Assembly (NCBI RefSeq): GCF_000406145.1
Contig: NZ_CM001976.1
Location: 1,027,263 to 1,059,262, forward strand
DNA from: Dickeya dadantii NCPPB 898
GTDB taxonomy: Bacteria > Pseudomonadota > Gammaproteobacteria > Enterobacterales > Enterobacteriaceae
Direction of reading: 5' to 3'
DNA length: 32,000 bases
Part shown: positions 7,687-16,082 of the stretch, in pieces
How positions within the stretch are numbered: the first letter of the stretch is position 1
How the letters are laid out: each line of letters opens with the position of its first letter
Program-made: the position numbers and the translations under genes
The notes under the pieces: generated by a model
Told to the model about the DNA's origin: nothing
Seen by the model: only the letters and a program-made list of their open reading frames with translations
Database searches by the model: none

Positions 7687-7784
7687 TATCTCAATGCATC
7701 CTTAAACGAAACGTAAACAACTATTATCTCTGGCCCGCTACCGTGCAGGCAAGAGGATTTAGGCTATGCCCTGCCCGGTGGGCA

Positions 7785-8471
7785 TTACAGCAGAAAATGC
7801 CGGGCCAGTAACGGTGTAGTAAAGGTTTTCTTCAGATAAAAACCGCGCGGCAGCGTCAGAATCGGCTGCCCATGTTCGCCAATCGCTTCGGTCAGCGCCC
7901 GGCTGTTGGCGGCCTTGGGGCGTAGCTGCAACACCTCGCCGTGACGAGCGGTGATGCTTTCCACTTTGCCCAGCACGATCAAATCCATCAGCTCTTCCCA
8001 GTCCTGGCGTAACTGCCGCTCTTCCTCCGGGCTGGGGCTCCATAACAATGGCGCGCCGATACGGCGTTCTCCCAGCGGGATAGGACGCGAACCCTCCACC
8101 GGAATCCACAGCACTTTGGTCAGCTTGTGGCGCACATGGCTGCTTTCCCAGGTCACGCCGCTGTTGCCGGTTAGCGGCGCTACGCAGACAAAGGTGGTTT
8201 CCAGCGGCCGACCCTGTTCATCCACCGGGATGGTTTTCAGCTCAATGCCGATATCGGGGAAATCCTGCTCCGGCTTGCTGCCGGCGCTGGCGCCCAGAAA
8301 ACGCTCCAGCAGCACGCCGATCCACCCTTTGTCTCGTTTAAGGTTGGCAGGCAGCGGCAGTTGGGCGATTCGGGCCAATTCCGCCAGCGAATAGCCGGCC
8401 AGCGCCTGCGCCCGCAGCAACAGGGCTTGTTCACTGTCCGGCGGGTTCTGGTGGGGAGTGGGTGTCTGCAT
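7785..8471 (-). CDS. mutH: DNA mismatch repair endonuclease MutH
   Basis: The sequence is collinear with E. coli MutH (..[36 protein letters not shown].., ..[10 protein letters not shown]...LLARHFL). ATG at 8471 gives 228 aa. The ORF-track start at 8498 is a TTG. Confidence 0.93.
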   Translation of the reverse strand: MQTPTPHQNPPDSEQALLLRAQALAGYSLAELARIAQLPLPANLKRDKGWIGVLLERFLGASAGSKPEQDFPDIGIELKTIPVDEQGRPLETTFVCVAPLTGNSGVTWESSHVRHKLTKVLWIPVEGSRPIPLGERRIGAPLLWSPSPEEERQLRQDWEELMDLIVLGKVESITARHGEVLQLRPKAANSRALTEAIGEHGQPILTLPRGFYLKKTFTTPLLARHFLL

Positions 8472-8677
8472 GGATTGCTTATCCGTTACTGATAACAAGG
8501 GTGATTAAAAAAAGTACAGCCATAACGGAGGATAACGTCAGGCAGTCGGTTATTCGGCTGAAAAATAATAATAGCATGATTCTTTTATGATTTTTTTCCC
8601 ACTCTTCACAGGGAAAAATGCGCTGCCGATTTTTGTTCATGACAAGACACCGGCAATGAACAGGATTTTACACTATG

Positions 8678-8806
8678 TTATCCACAGTTTTTTTGGGATA
8701 ACCGGGATAACTCGGGATCACTGTTTTGATTTACAGCCTTGACGGGTGGTGCTTTTGCTGGTTTTGCTGATTTTTTGGCTGGATTTCGGCGCTTGCCTGT
8801 GGATAA
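8678..8806. promoter_or_regulatory. DnaA-box cluster, candidate DARS2-type DnaA-reactivating sequence
   Basis: A perfect TTATCCACA lies at 8678-8686. A T7 run follows, then three direct GGGATAAC / GGGATAAC / GGGATCAC units (8695-8702, 8704-8711, 8714-8721), which are degenerate boxes in the opposite orientation. A second perfect box, TGTGGATAA, lies at 8798-8806. Phased T-tracts lie between them. Confidence 0.6.
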
Positions 8807-9244
8807 AACCGGCGTAGTGCGATCTTTCGCCATTCCGAAAACCACGGCGGAATCGTGCCGCGTCAGGCGGTGGAGAAGTCGTGGAAAGACAGGGTAATTG
8901 GTTGAAAGGGAATAGCAATTTAGTGGTGGAGATCACGGCCGCGTGAAGGGTTAAATGAGTTTTACGCACTTTTTCATGATGTTCTTCACAAAGATGTCCA
9001 CAGAAAAAGTGAATAAACCAGCGGAATTGCCGCATGAATGTTTATAACTTCGATCCTATCTGTGGGTTAACGGCGTTTTATCAGAGATGCGCGGGAGTGA
9101 CGAGGCGGCGGCTCAAGCCGTCGATGTCCGGTGCGATCGCCGGAAGCGGCATCAATAAAAGGGATGTAAAGCGGGAGTTTACCGTCTGTCAGGAGTGTGA
9201 AACAATCGAGTCATCTTTGCATTCTAGTTTATCGAGGTAGTCCG

Positions 9245-9772
9245 GTGATCGACGATGATGGCTACCGCCCGAATGTTGGTATTGTAATTTGTAATCGGCA
9301 GGGTCAGGTATTGTGGGCCCGTCGCTACGGCCAGCACTCCTGGCAGTTTCCTCAAGGGGGAATCAACCCCGGAGAAAGCGCGGAACAAGCGATGTACCGC
9401 GAACTGTTCGAGGAGGTGGGGCTGCGGAAAAAGGACGTTCGTATCTTGGCTTCCACCCGAAGCTGGTTACGCTATAAATTGCCAAAACGTTTGGTGCGTT
9501 GGGATACAAAACCGGTATGTATCGGCCAAAAGCAAAAATGGTTTCTGCTACAGTTAATGTGTAATGAATCAGACATCAACATGCAAAGCAGCGGCACCCC
9601 GGAATTCGACGGGTGGCGCTGGGTGAGCTACTGGTATCCGGTGCGCCAGGTGGTGTCGTTCAAACGTGACGTTTATCGAAAGGTGATGAAGGAGTTTGTC
9701 ATCGCCGTGATGCAGCTACAGGAGAATTCGGTTACCCGAATATCATCAGGAACCAGACGAAAACGAGGATAA
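9245..9772 (+). CDS. rppH: RNA pyrophosphohydrolase RppH (NudH)
   Basis: From the GTG at 9245 (GAGG 7 nt upstream) the product [22 protein letters not shown].. is collinear with E. coli RppH ([17 protein letters not shown]..). The Nudix box [23 protein letters not shown] is present. Confidence 0.93.
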   Translation: MIDDDGYRPNVGIVICNRQGQVLWARRYGQHSWQFPQGGINPGESAEQAMYRELFEEVGLRKKDVRILASTRSWLRYKLPKRLVRWDTKPVCIGQKQKWFLLQLMCNESDINMQSSGTPEFDGWRWVSYWYPVRQVVSFKRDVYRKVMKEFVIAVMQLQENSVTRISSGTRRKRG

Positions 9773-9783
9773 TCCGACACATC

Positions 9784-12033
9784 ATGATGCTCACGCGACT
9801 GCGAGAAATTATTGAAAAGGTTGCGGCCGCGGCCCGGCTGAGTGATGCGTTGGATATTCTGGTGAATGAAACCTGTCTGGCGATGGATACCGAAGTCTGT
9901 TCCATCTATTTGGCCGATCACGATCGTCAATGTTATTACCTGATGGCGACGCGCGGGCTGAAAAAGCCGCGCGGCCGCACCATTACGCTGGCGTTCGGCC
10001 AGGGGATTGTCGGGCTGGTCGGCGAACGGGCGGAACCTATCAATCTGGCGGATGCGCAAAGCCACCCCAGTTTCAAATTCATTCCTGCCGTACGCGAACA
10101 GCACTTCCGCTCGTTTCTGGGCGTGCCGGTGATCCATCGGCGTCAACTGCTGGGCGTGCTGGTGGTGCAGCAGCGCGAACACCGGCAGTTCGACAAAAAC
10201 GAAGAATCGTTCATGGTGACGCTGGCCACCCAGATGGCGGCCATCCTGTCCCTGTCCCAGATGAAAGCGCTGTTCGGGCAATACCGGCAGACACGCATCA
10301 AGGCGATGGCGGCCTCTTCCGGCGTGGCGATCGCTACCGGCTGGCAGGATCGCGGTCAGCCGTCGCTGGAACTGGTGTTTCCGGCCTCCAGTCTGGATAG
10401 CGATCGCGAACGATCGCGGCTGCTGATGGCGATGGAAGAGGCCGGGGCGGAGTTCCGCCGTTTCAGTAAACGTTTCAGCGCCAGCGCGCAGAAAGAGAGC
10501 GCGGCGATCTTCGATTTCTATTCCCACCTGCTCAACGACGCCCGCCTCAAACGCGAACTGTTTCAGGAGGTGGATACCGGCAGCGTCGCCGAATGGGCGG
10601 TCAAAGTGGTGATCGAGCGCTTTGCCGCGCAATTCGCCAGCCTGCAGGACCCTTACCTGCGCGATCGTTCCAGCGACTTGCGGGCGCTGGGGCAACGCCT
10701 GCTGTTCCATCTCGACGACAATGCCCAGAGCAACGGCCAGTGGCCGGAGCGCTTCATTCTGGTGGCTGACGAGCTGACCGCCACGCTGCTGGCGGAGGTG
10801 CCGCAGGAGCGTCTGGCCGGCGTGGTCGCCTATGACGGCGCCGCCAATTCCCACGCCGCCATTCTGGTGCGGGCGATGGGCATTCCCACGCTGATGGGCG
10901 CCGATATTCAACCCGAGCTGTTGCATCAGCGACTGCTGGTGCTGGATGGTTATCGCGGCGAGTTGCTGGTCGATCCGGAACCGGTGCTGGTGCAGGAGTA
11001 TCAGCGCCTGCTGAGTGAGGAAAACGAACTCACCCGGCTGGCGGAAGATGACATGGAACGTCCGGCGGTGCTGAAAAGCGGCGAGCGGGTGGAAGTGATG
11101 CTCAACGCCGGTCTGAGCGCCGAGCATGAAAAGCGCTTTATCAATCAGGTGGACGGAGTCGGGTTGTATCGCACCGAAATCCCGTTCATGCTGCAAAATG
11201 GTTTCCCCTCGGAAGAGGAGCAGATGACGCAATATGAAGGCATGTTGCGGCTTTATCCGTCCCGTCCGGTGATGTTGCGCACGCTGGATATCGGTGCGGA
11301 CAAGCAATTGCCTTATCTGCCCATCAGTGAGGAAAATCCCTGTCTGGGCTGGCGCGGTATCCGCGTCACGCTCGATCAGCCGGAAATTTTCATGATTCAG
11401 GTTCGCGCCATGCTGCGCGCCAACGCGCATATCGGCAACCTGAGCATTTTACTGCCGATGATCAACAGCCTGGATGAGATCGATGAGGCCAAACGGTTGA
11501 TCGATCGCGCCGCGGCGGAAGTGGCGGAAATGCTTGGTTTCCCGCAGCCGCGGCCGCGCATCGGCATTATGATCGAAGTGCCGTCGGTGCTGTTCCTGTT
11601 GCCGCATCTGGCGTCCCGCATCGATTTTGTCTCCGTCGGCACCAATGACCTGACCCAGTATCTGCTGGCGGTGGATCGTAATAATCCGCATGTCGGCGCC
11701 CTGTACGACAGCCTGCATCCGTCGATGCTGCAGGCGCTAAACATGATCATCACCCATTGCCGGCAATATTCGTTGCCGGTATCGGTGTGCGGCGAGATGG
11801 CCGGCGAGCCGATGGGCGCGCTGCTGTTGATCGGGTTGGGATACCGCACGCTGAGCATGAACGGGCGTAGCGTCGCCCGCATCAAATACCTGCTGCGCCG
11901 GATTGGCGAGGACGAAGCGCGCCAGTTGGCGGGCAAGGTGCTTCAGGCGCAAACCGCCAGCGAAGTGCGCCAGTGGGCATCGATTTTCATCGAAGAGCGT
12001 GGGCTGGGCGGTCTGATTCGCGGCGGGCGTTGA
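9784..12033 (+). CDS. ptsP: Phosphoenolpyruvate-protein phosphotransferase PtsP (EI-Ntr) with an N-terminal GAF domain
   Basis: MMLTRLREIIEKVAAA..TEVCSIYLADHDR.CYYLMATRGLKKPRGRT is collinear with E. coli PtsP. There are tandem ATGs at 9784 and 9787, and E. coli starts at the equivalent of 9787. Confidence 0.95.
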   Translation: MMLTRLREIIEKVAAAARLSDALDILVNETCLAMDTEVCSIYLADHDRQCYYLMATRGLKKPRGRTITLAFGQGIVGLVGERAEPINLADAQSHPSFKFIPAVREQHFRSFLGVPVIHRRQLLGVLVVQQREHRQFDKNEESFMVTLATQMAAILSLSQMKALFGQYRQTRIKAMAASSGVAIATGWQDRGQPSLELVFPASSLDSDRERSRLLMAMEEAGAEFRRFSKRFSASAQKESAAIFDFYSHLLNDARLKRELFQEVDTGSVAEWAVKVVIERFAAQFASLQDPYLRDRSSDLRALGQRLLFHLDDNAQSNGQWPERFILVADELTATLLAEVPQERLAGVVAYDGAANSHAAILVRAMGIPTLMGADIQPELLHQRLLVLDGYRGELLVDPEPVLVQEYQRLLSEENELTRLAEDDMERPAVLKSGERVEVMLNAGLSAEHEKRFINQVDGVGLYRTEIPFMLQNGFPSEEEQMTQYEGMLRLYPSRPVMLRTLDIGADKQLPYLPISEENPCLGWRGIRVTLDQPEIFMIQVRAMLRANAHIGNLSILLPMINSLDEIDEAKRLIDRAAAEVAEMLGFPQPRPRIGIMIEVPSVLFLLPHLASRIDFVSVGTNDLTQYLLAVDRNNPHVGALYDSLHPSMLQALNMIITHCRQYSLPVSVCGEMAGEPMGALLLIGLGYRTLSMNGRSVARIKYLLRRIGEDEARQLAGKVLQAQTASEVRQWASIFIEERGLGGLIRGGR

Positions 12034-12227
12034 GCGCGGCGTCGCCTCATTTTTCATGCCGGATTCGTGCCGGAAATGTTTACAGTTCTTTTATCCCCTC
12101 GTCGCCAACTGTTTCCGTTGGCTATGCTATCATGCGCAACCGCGGACGGCTGACGGAAGCCCTGCCTTCCTTCCGGCCCTTGAATAGCCCCGAAATCAGG
12201 GACAAAGCAACGATAATGTGGTGATCG

Positions 12228-13091
12228 ATGACGACGAGCTATCTGGTATTTCCCCAGTTTGATCCGGTGATTTTTTCGTTAGGGCCGGTTTCCCTGCACT
12301 GGTATGGATTAATGTATTTGGTCGGGTTTGTGTTTGCCATGTGGCTGGCGGTTCGCCGGGCGAACAAACCAGGTAGCGGATGGCGCAAGGAAGAGGTGGA
12401 AAACCTGCTCTATTTCGGGTTCCTTGGCGTATTTGTGGGTGGTCGTCTGGGCTATGTGCTGTTCTACGCTTTCCCTTCGTTTCTGGATAATCCGCTCTAT
12501 CTGTTCCGCGTGTGGGACGGCGGCATGTCTTTCCACGGCGGCCTGCTTGGCGTCATCACGGTCATGCTGTGGTTTGCGCATCGCACCAAACGTCATTTCT
12601 TCCAGGTGTCTGATTTCATGGCTCCGCTGATTCCGTTTGGTCTGGGCGCCGGGCGTCTGGGTAACTTTATCAATGGCGAACTGTGGGGCCGCGTTACTAC
12701 CGATACACCGTGGGCGATGCTGTTTCCCGGTTCGCGCGGCGAAGACATGGCGCTGGCGGCCGGCAACCCGCAGTGGCAGGCGATTTTCAATCAATACGGC
12801 GTATTGCCTCGTCACCCGTCGCAGTTGTATGAACTGGTGCTGGAAGGGGTGGTGCTGTTTATCATTCTGAATGTGTTCATTCGCAAAGCACGCCCGATGG
12901 GCAGCGTGTCCGGCCTGTTCCTGATTGGCTACGGTTCTTTCCGCATTATTGTGGAATTCTTCCGCCAGCCGGATGCCCAACTGGGGCTGTTCGGCGGCAT
13001 CAGTATGGGGCAGATTCTGTCGGTGCCGATGGTGCTGGCCGGTATTCTGATGATGGTCTGGGCGTATCGTCGCCAGTCTGCCCGGCAGTGA
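12228..13091 (+). CDS. lgt: Phosphatidylglycerol-prolipoprotein diacylglyceryl transferase
   Basis: The 287-aa product is collinear with E. coli Lgt (..[32 protein letters not shown].., ..[11 protein letters not shown]..). Confidence 0.95.
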   Translation: MTTSYLVFPQFDPVIFSLGPVSLHWYGLMYLVGFVFAMWLAVRRANKPGSGWRKEEVENLLYFGFLGVFVGGRLGYVLFYAFPSFLDNPLYLFRVWDGGMSFHGGLLGVITVMLWFAHRTKRHFFQVSDFMAPLIPFGLGAGRLGNFINGELWGRVTTDTPWAMLFPGSRGEDMALAAGNPQWQAIFNQYGVLPRHPSQLYELVLEGVVLFIILNVFIRKARPMGSVSGLFLIGYGSFRIIVEFFRQPDAQLGLFGGISMGQILSVPMVLAGILMMVWAYRRQSARQ

Positions 13092-13122
13092 TTGTTGTTA
13101 AAAATTAAGTCGATGAGGTGGT

Positions 13123-13917
13123 ATGAAACAGTATCTGGAACTGATGAAAAAGGTGCTCGAAGAAGGAACTCCCAAGGATGACCGCACGGGTACGGGGACG
13201 TTATCGATTTTCGGCCATCAGATGCGTTTCAACCTGCAGGATGGTTTTCCGCTGGTGACCACCAAACGTTGCCACCTGCGTTCCATCATCCATGAGCTGT
13301 TGTGGTTTCTGAACGGCGATACCAATGTCGGCTACCTGCATGACAACAAGGTCACCATTTGGGATGAATGGGCGGATGAAAATGGCGATCTGGGGCCGGT
13401 TTACGGTAAACAGTGGCGTGCATGGGGAACGGCGGACGGCCGTCAGATAGACCAGTTGCAGACGGTGCTGAAACAGCTGAAACAGGACCCGGATTCCCGT
13501 CGCATCATCGTTTCCGCCTGGAATGTGGGCGAACTGGACAAAATGGCGTTGGCGCCCTGCCATGCGTTTTTCCAGTTTTATGTCGCGAACGGCAAGCTGT
13601 CCTGCCAGTTGTACCAGCGCTCCTGCGACATTTTCCTCGGCCTGCCGTTCAACATTGCCAGCTATGCGCTGCTGGTGCATATGATGGCACAGCAGTGTGA
13701 CCTGGAGGTCGGCGATTTCGTCTGGACCGGCGGCGACACCCACCTCTACAACAACCACCTTGAACAGACGCATCTGCAGCTTAGCCGTGAGCCGCGTCCC
13801 TTACCGCGGTTGGTGATCAAACGCCGTCCGGCTTCGCTGTTTGATTACCAGTTTGACGATTTCGAGATCGAAGGTTATGACCCGCACCCTGCCATCAAGG
13901 CGCCGGTCGCGGTTTAA
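13123..13917 (+). CDS. thyA: Thymidylate synthase
   Basis: The 264-aa product starts [28 protein letters not shown] and carries the active-site motif [20 protein letters not shown] precedes the ATG. Confidence 0.97.
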   Translation: MKQYLELMKKVLEEGTPKDDRTGTGTLSIFGHQMRFNLQDGFPLVTTKRCHLRSIIHELLWFLNGDTNVGYLHDNKVTIWDEWADENGDLGPVYGKQWRAWGTADGRQIDQLQTVLKQLKQDPDSRRIIVSAWNVGELDKMALAPCHAFFQFYVANGKLSCQLYQRSCDIFLGLPFNIASYALLVHMMAQQCDLEVGDFVWTGGDTHLYNNHLEQTHLQLSREPRPLPRLVIKRRPASLFDYQFDDFEIEGYDPHPAIKAPVAV

Positions 13918-13939
13918 ATCTGATCTTACCCTGATATCA

Positions 13940-14022
13940 CCGCCCAACGGCGGATGTCGCTGACAACAGAAATGGCTGTTTTCTGTTGATTGGCCGGGCA
14001 TCTTGCCGTTGGGCGGTTTTTT
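13940..14022 (+). terminator. Nested stem-loop plus T6, probable lgt-thyA terminator
   Basis: CCGCCCAACGGC (13940-13951) is the perfect complement of GCCGTTGGGCGG (14005-14016), followed by TTTTTT (14017-14022). The 53-nt interior contains a second hairpin, AACAGAAA..TTTCTGTT. Confidence 0.6.
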
Positions 14023-14149
14023 GTCTTATCCCCTGATTTGCGAGCCGCCGCGCAGTTTCTCTGTCGGTTGCCGTCGCCCCGCATCTTGCCTGCGAAGCGC
14101 TTCGTAACCTTATCCTCTGGCACTATTCACGCTGATACCACGCTCTAGA

Positions 14150-14650
14150 ATGGCGGCCATGAACAGAAACAACGTACGGCAACAGGGTTTTTCCCTGCTG
14201 GAACTCATCGTGGTGATCACCATCGTGGCTTTGCTGACCGGCGGCGGACTGCATAGCTGGCTGGCTTATCGCCAGGCCCTTTTGCTGGAACAGCATGCCC
14301 GGCACCTGCTGGCATTCATGGCGCGGATACAGGCCAACGCCAACTGGCATAGTCAGACCGAAAGCCTGTGGTTCAAGTCGGCGGGCGACCATTGGTGCCT
14401 TGGGAGTGGCGCCGAACCTGCTGCCTGTCCAACGGAAAGCGCTTTCGTTTTTACCCGCGCGGCGCAGGACGCGGCGATCGTCGACGCCACTAGCGAGCGA
14501 TTGGTGTTTTACGGCCTGCGTAATGCCGCACAGGCTGGGCATCTCACTCTGAGCAATCCGGCCGGGCGCGTGAGGCTGGTGATATCGGCGCGCGGGCGCC
14601 TGCGCCTTTGCAGCGAATCCCGGCCGGTGCAGGGAATATCGCTATGCTGA
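14150..14650 (+). CDS. ppdA: Prepilin peptidase-dependent protein A (type IV pilin-like, N-methylation motif)
   Basis: It has the leader plus GFSLLELIVVITIVALL prepilin motif. The C-terminus ..GRLRLC is like E. coli PpdA. It follows thyA as in E. coli. The start may instead be ATG 14159. Confidence 0.85.
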   Translation: MAAMNRNNVRQQGFSLLELIVVITIVALLTGGGLHSWLAYRQALLLEQHARHLLAFMARIQANANWHSQTESLWFKSAGDHWCLGSGAEPAACPTESAFVFTRAAQDAAIVDATSERLVFYGLRNAAQAGHLTLSNPAGRVRLVISARGRLRLCSESRPVQGISLC

Positions 14651-15237
14651 GCAAGTTAACCGGGAGGCGCGCGGGCGGGTTTACCCTGCCGGAGGTGATG
14701 CTGGCGATGGGAATGAGCAGCCTGATCATGTTGGCGGTGGCGCAGTTGCTACCGTTGTTGCAGGCTCAAACGCAGGATAGCGCCAGTCTGATCCGGCTGG
14801 AACAACTGCTTAGCCAGACCCTGTTCGGCATAGAAAAAGACCTGCGGCGCGCCGGATTTTGCGCCGGTCGTTGCCAGGGAACCGCTCTGACGCTGGAGGC
14901 CAGCGCCACGAAACAGGTGAGTTGCCTGTCGCTGGCTTATGACGTCAACCGCAATGGCCGCTGGGAAACGGGGGAGCAGTCGGAGCCGGAGTTTTTCAGC
15001 TATCGCCTGCGCGAGGGCGCGCTGGAGGTGCAAACGGGCGGCCCGCGTTGTCAGGGAAATCGCTGGGAGAAATTGCTGGATCCCGGCGAGGTGACCATCG
15101 CCCGTTTTGAGGTCGCGAGGGAGACGTCCGGCGCGCAACCGCGCTATCGGGTATCGCTGGAAGGGTACTGGACCGCGCGTCCGACACGACGGTGGCAGGT
15201 CAATAGCCTGGTGACAGGGAGGAATTATGCAGGGTAG
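14644..15237 (+). CDS. ppdB: Prepilin peptidase-dependent protein B
   Basis: ATG 14644 overlaps the ppdA stop (ATGCTGA). The product carries the GFTLPEVMLAMGMSSLIML prepilin motif. Confidence 0.8.
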   Translation: MLSKLTGRRAGGFTLPEVMLAMGMSSLIMLAVAQLLPLLQAQTQDSASLIRLEQLLSQTLFGIEKDLRRAGFCAGRCQGTALTLEASATKQVSCLSLAYDVNRNGRWETGEQSEPEFFSYRLREGALEVQTGGPRCQGNRWEKLLDPGEVTIARFEVARETSGAQPRYRVSLEGYWTARPTRRWQVNSLVTGRNYAG

Positions 15238-15673
15238 ACGACAGCAGGGCAGCATACTGGTGATAGTGATGTTGGTGATGATGATTGGCTTGTTAATGTT
15301 GGGTGGATTGCAACGTCAGTTGGATATCCAGTTGCAGCAGGGAATTGACGAACAGCGCTTCTGGCAGGCATTCAATCAGGGTCTGTCGTCGCTGAACTGG
15401 GGAATGGGACTGCGCTGGCAAACCACCGACGAGTGGCAGTGTCAGATTCAGCAGTCGGCGCAGTTACGCGCCTGCCTGCGTATGAATGGCGAAGACCATG
15501 CCGGGCTGTTGCGGGGTGAAGGGCGGATAGCCGGTAATCCACAACCGTTGGCGTTTTATCACCGGGTCATGGTTGATGCCGCAGCGGCTGGCGGCGGCAT
15601 CCGACCCGTCGCGGGCGGATGGCTGGATTTTTGCCCGGATGCGGCGGAGCTGGCCTGTGTCCTGGCGCAATGA
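15227..15673 (+). CDS. ygdB: YgdB (DUF2509) family protein
   Basis: It overlaps the ppdB 3' end by 11 nt. It has an N-terminal hydrophobic segment (GSILVIVMLVMMIGLLMLGG). Its size and position match E. coli ygdB. Confidence 0.75.
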   Translation: MQGRRQQGSILVIVMLVMMIGLLMLGGLQRQLDIQLQQGIDEQRFWQAFNQGLSSLNWGMGLRWQTTDEWQCQIQQSAQLRACLRMNGEDHAGLLRGEGRIAGNPQPLAFYHRVMVDAAAAGGGIRPVAGGWLDFCPDAAELACVLAQ

Positions 15674-16043
15674 AAGGCCGCGTCGTGATCCCTGCGCCGG
15701 GTTCAGTCTGCCGGAAACGCTGGTCGCAGCACTGTTATTCGCGGTTTCGCTGACTGGACTCTTGCAATATCATCAGATACTTCAGCAATCGTTGTTGCAT
15801 CAGATGCAGCAGCGTCAGGCGTGGCGGCTGGCTCATCAGCAACTGGAAACCGAAGGTGCCGACAGCGTTTCACCGCCGCAAATCGTTCCCGCCGGATGGG
15901 GCGTGAGCCGGGAAGAACAGCGCCATCCCCCGGCCTGTCGCCGCGTGACGGTGACCGTGGTGACGCCCTATCGCTATCGTGCGGTGCTCGGCCGCTGGTT
16001 TTGTGATGCCCCTGACGCGGTTGTACAACGTGACAGCCCATAG
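15657..16043 (+). CDS. ppdC: Prepilin peptidase-dependent protein C
   Basis: The product has a GFSLPETLVAALLFAVSL prepilin motif and later a ..SPPQ..W.V.R..C..V.V.VV.P.. layout like E. coli PpdC. GTG 15657 has GGAG 7 nt upstream. ATG 15639 is an alternative start. Confidence 0.7.
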   Translation: MSWRNERPRRDPCAGFSLPETLVAALLFAVSLTGLLQYHQILQQSLLHQMQQRQAWRLAHQQLETEGADSVSPPQIVPAGWGVSREEQRHPPACRRVTVTVVTPYRYRAVLGRWFCDAPDAVVQRDSP

Positions 16044-16082
16044 CCTGGAATAATTGCCTGTATAACGCCTTTGGAGATGTTG

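Noticed and set aside
8718-9240. ORFs of 105 aa (minus strand, 8718-9035) and 68 aa (+ strand, 9034-9240) in the mutH-rppH spacer
   Set aside because: They have no ribosome-binding sites and no recognisable sequence. The region is better explained as the DnaA-box/DARS2-like regulatory spacer plus the rppH promoter.
9673-11430. A 585-aa ORF on the minus strand, the third-longest ORF in the window
   Set aside because: It lies entirely antisense to ptsP, whose product is collinear with E. coli PtsP. The translation is Arg/His/Gln/Gly-rich low-complexity sequence with no recognisable motif. It is a typical shadow ORF of a GC-rich gene.
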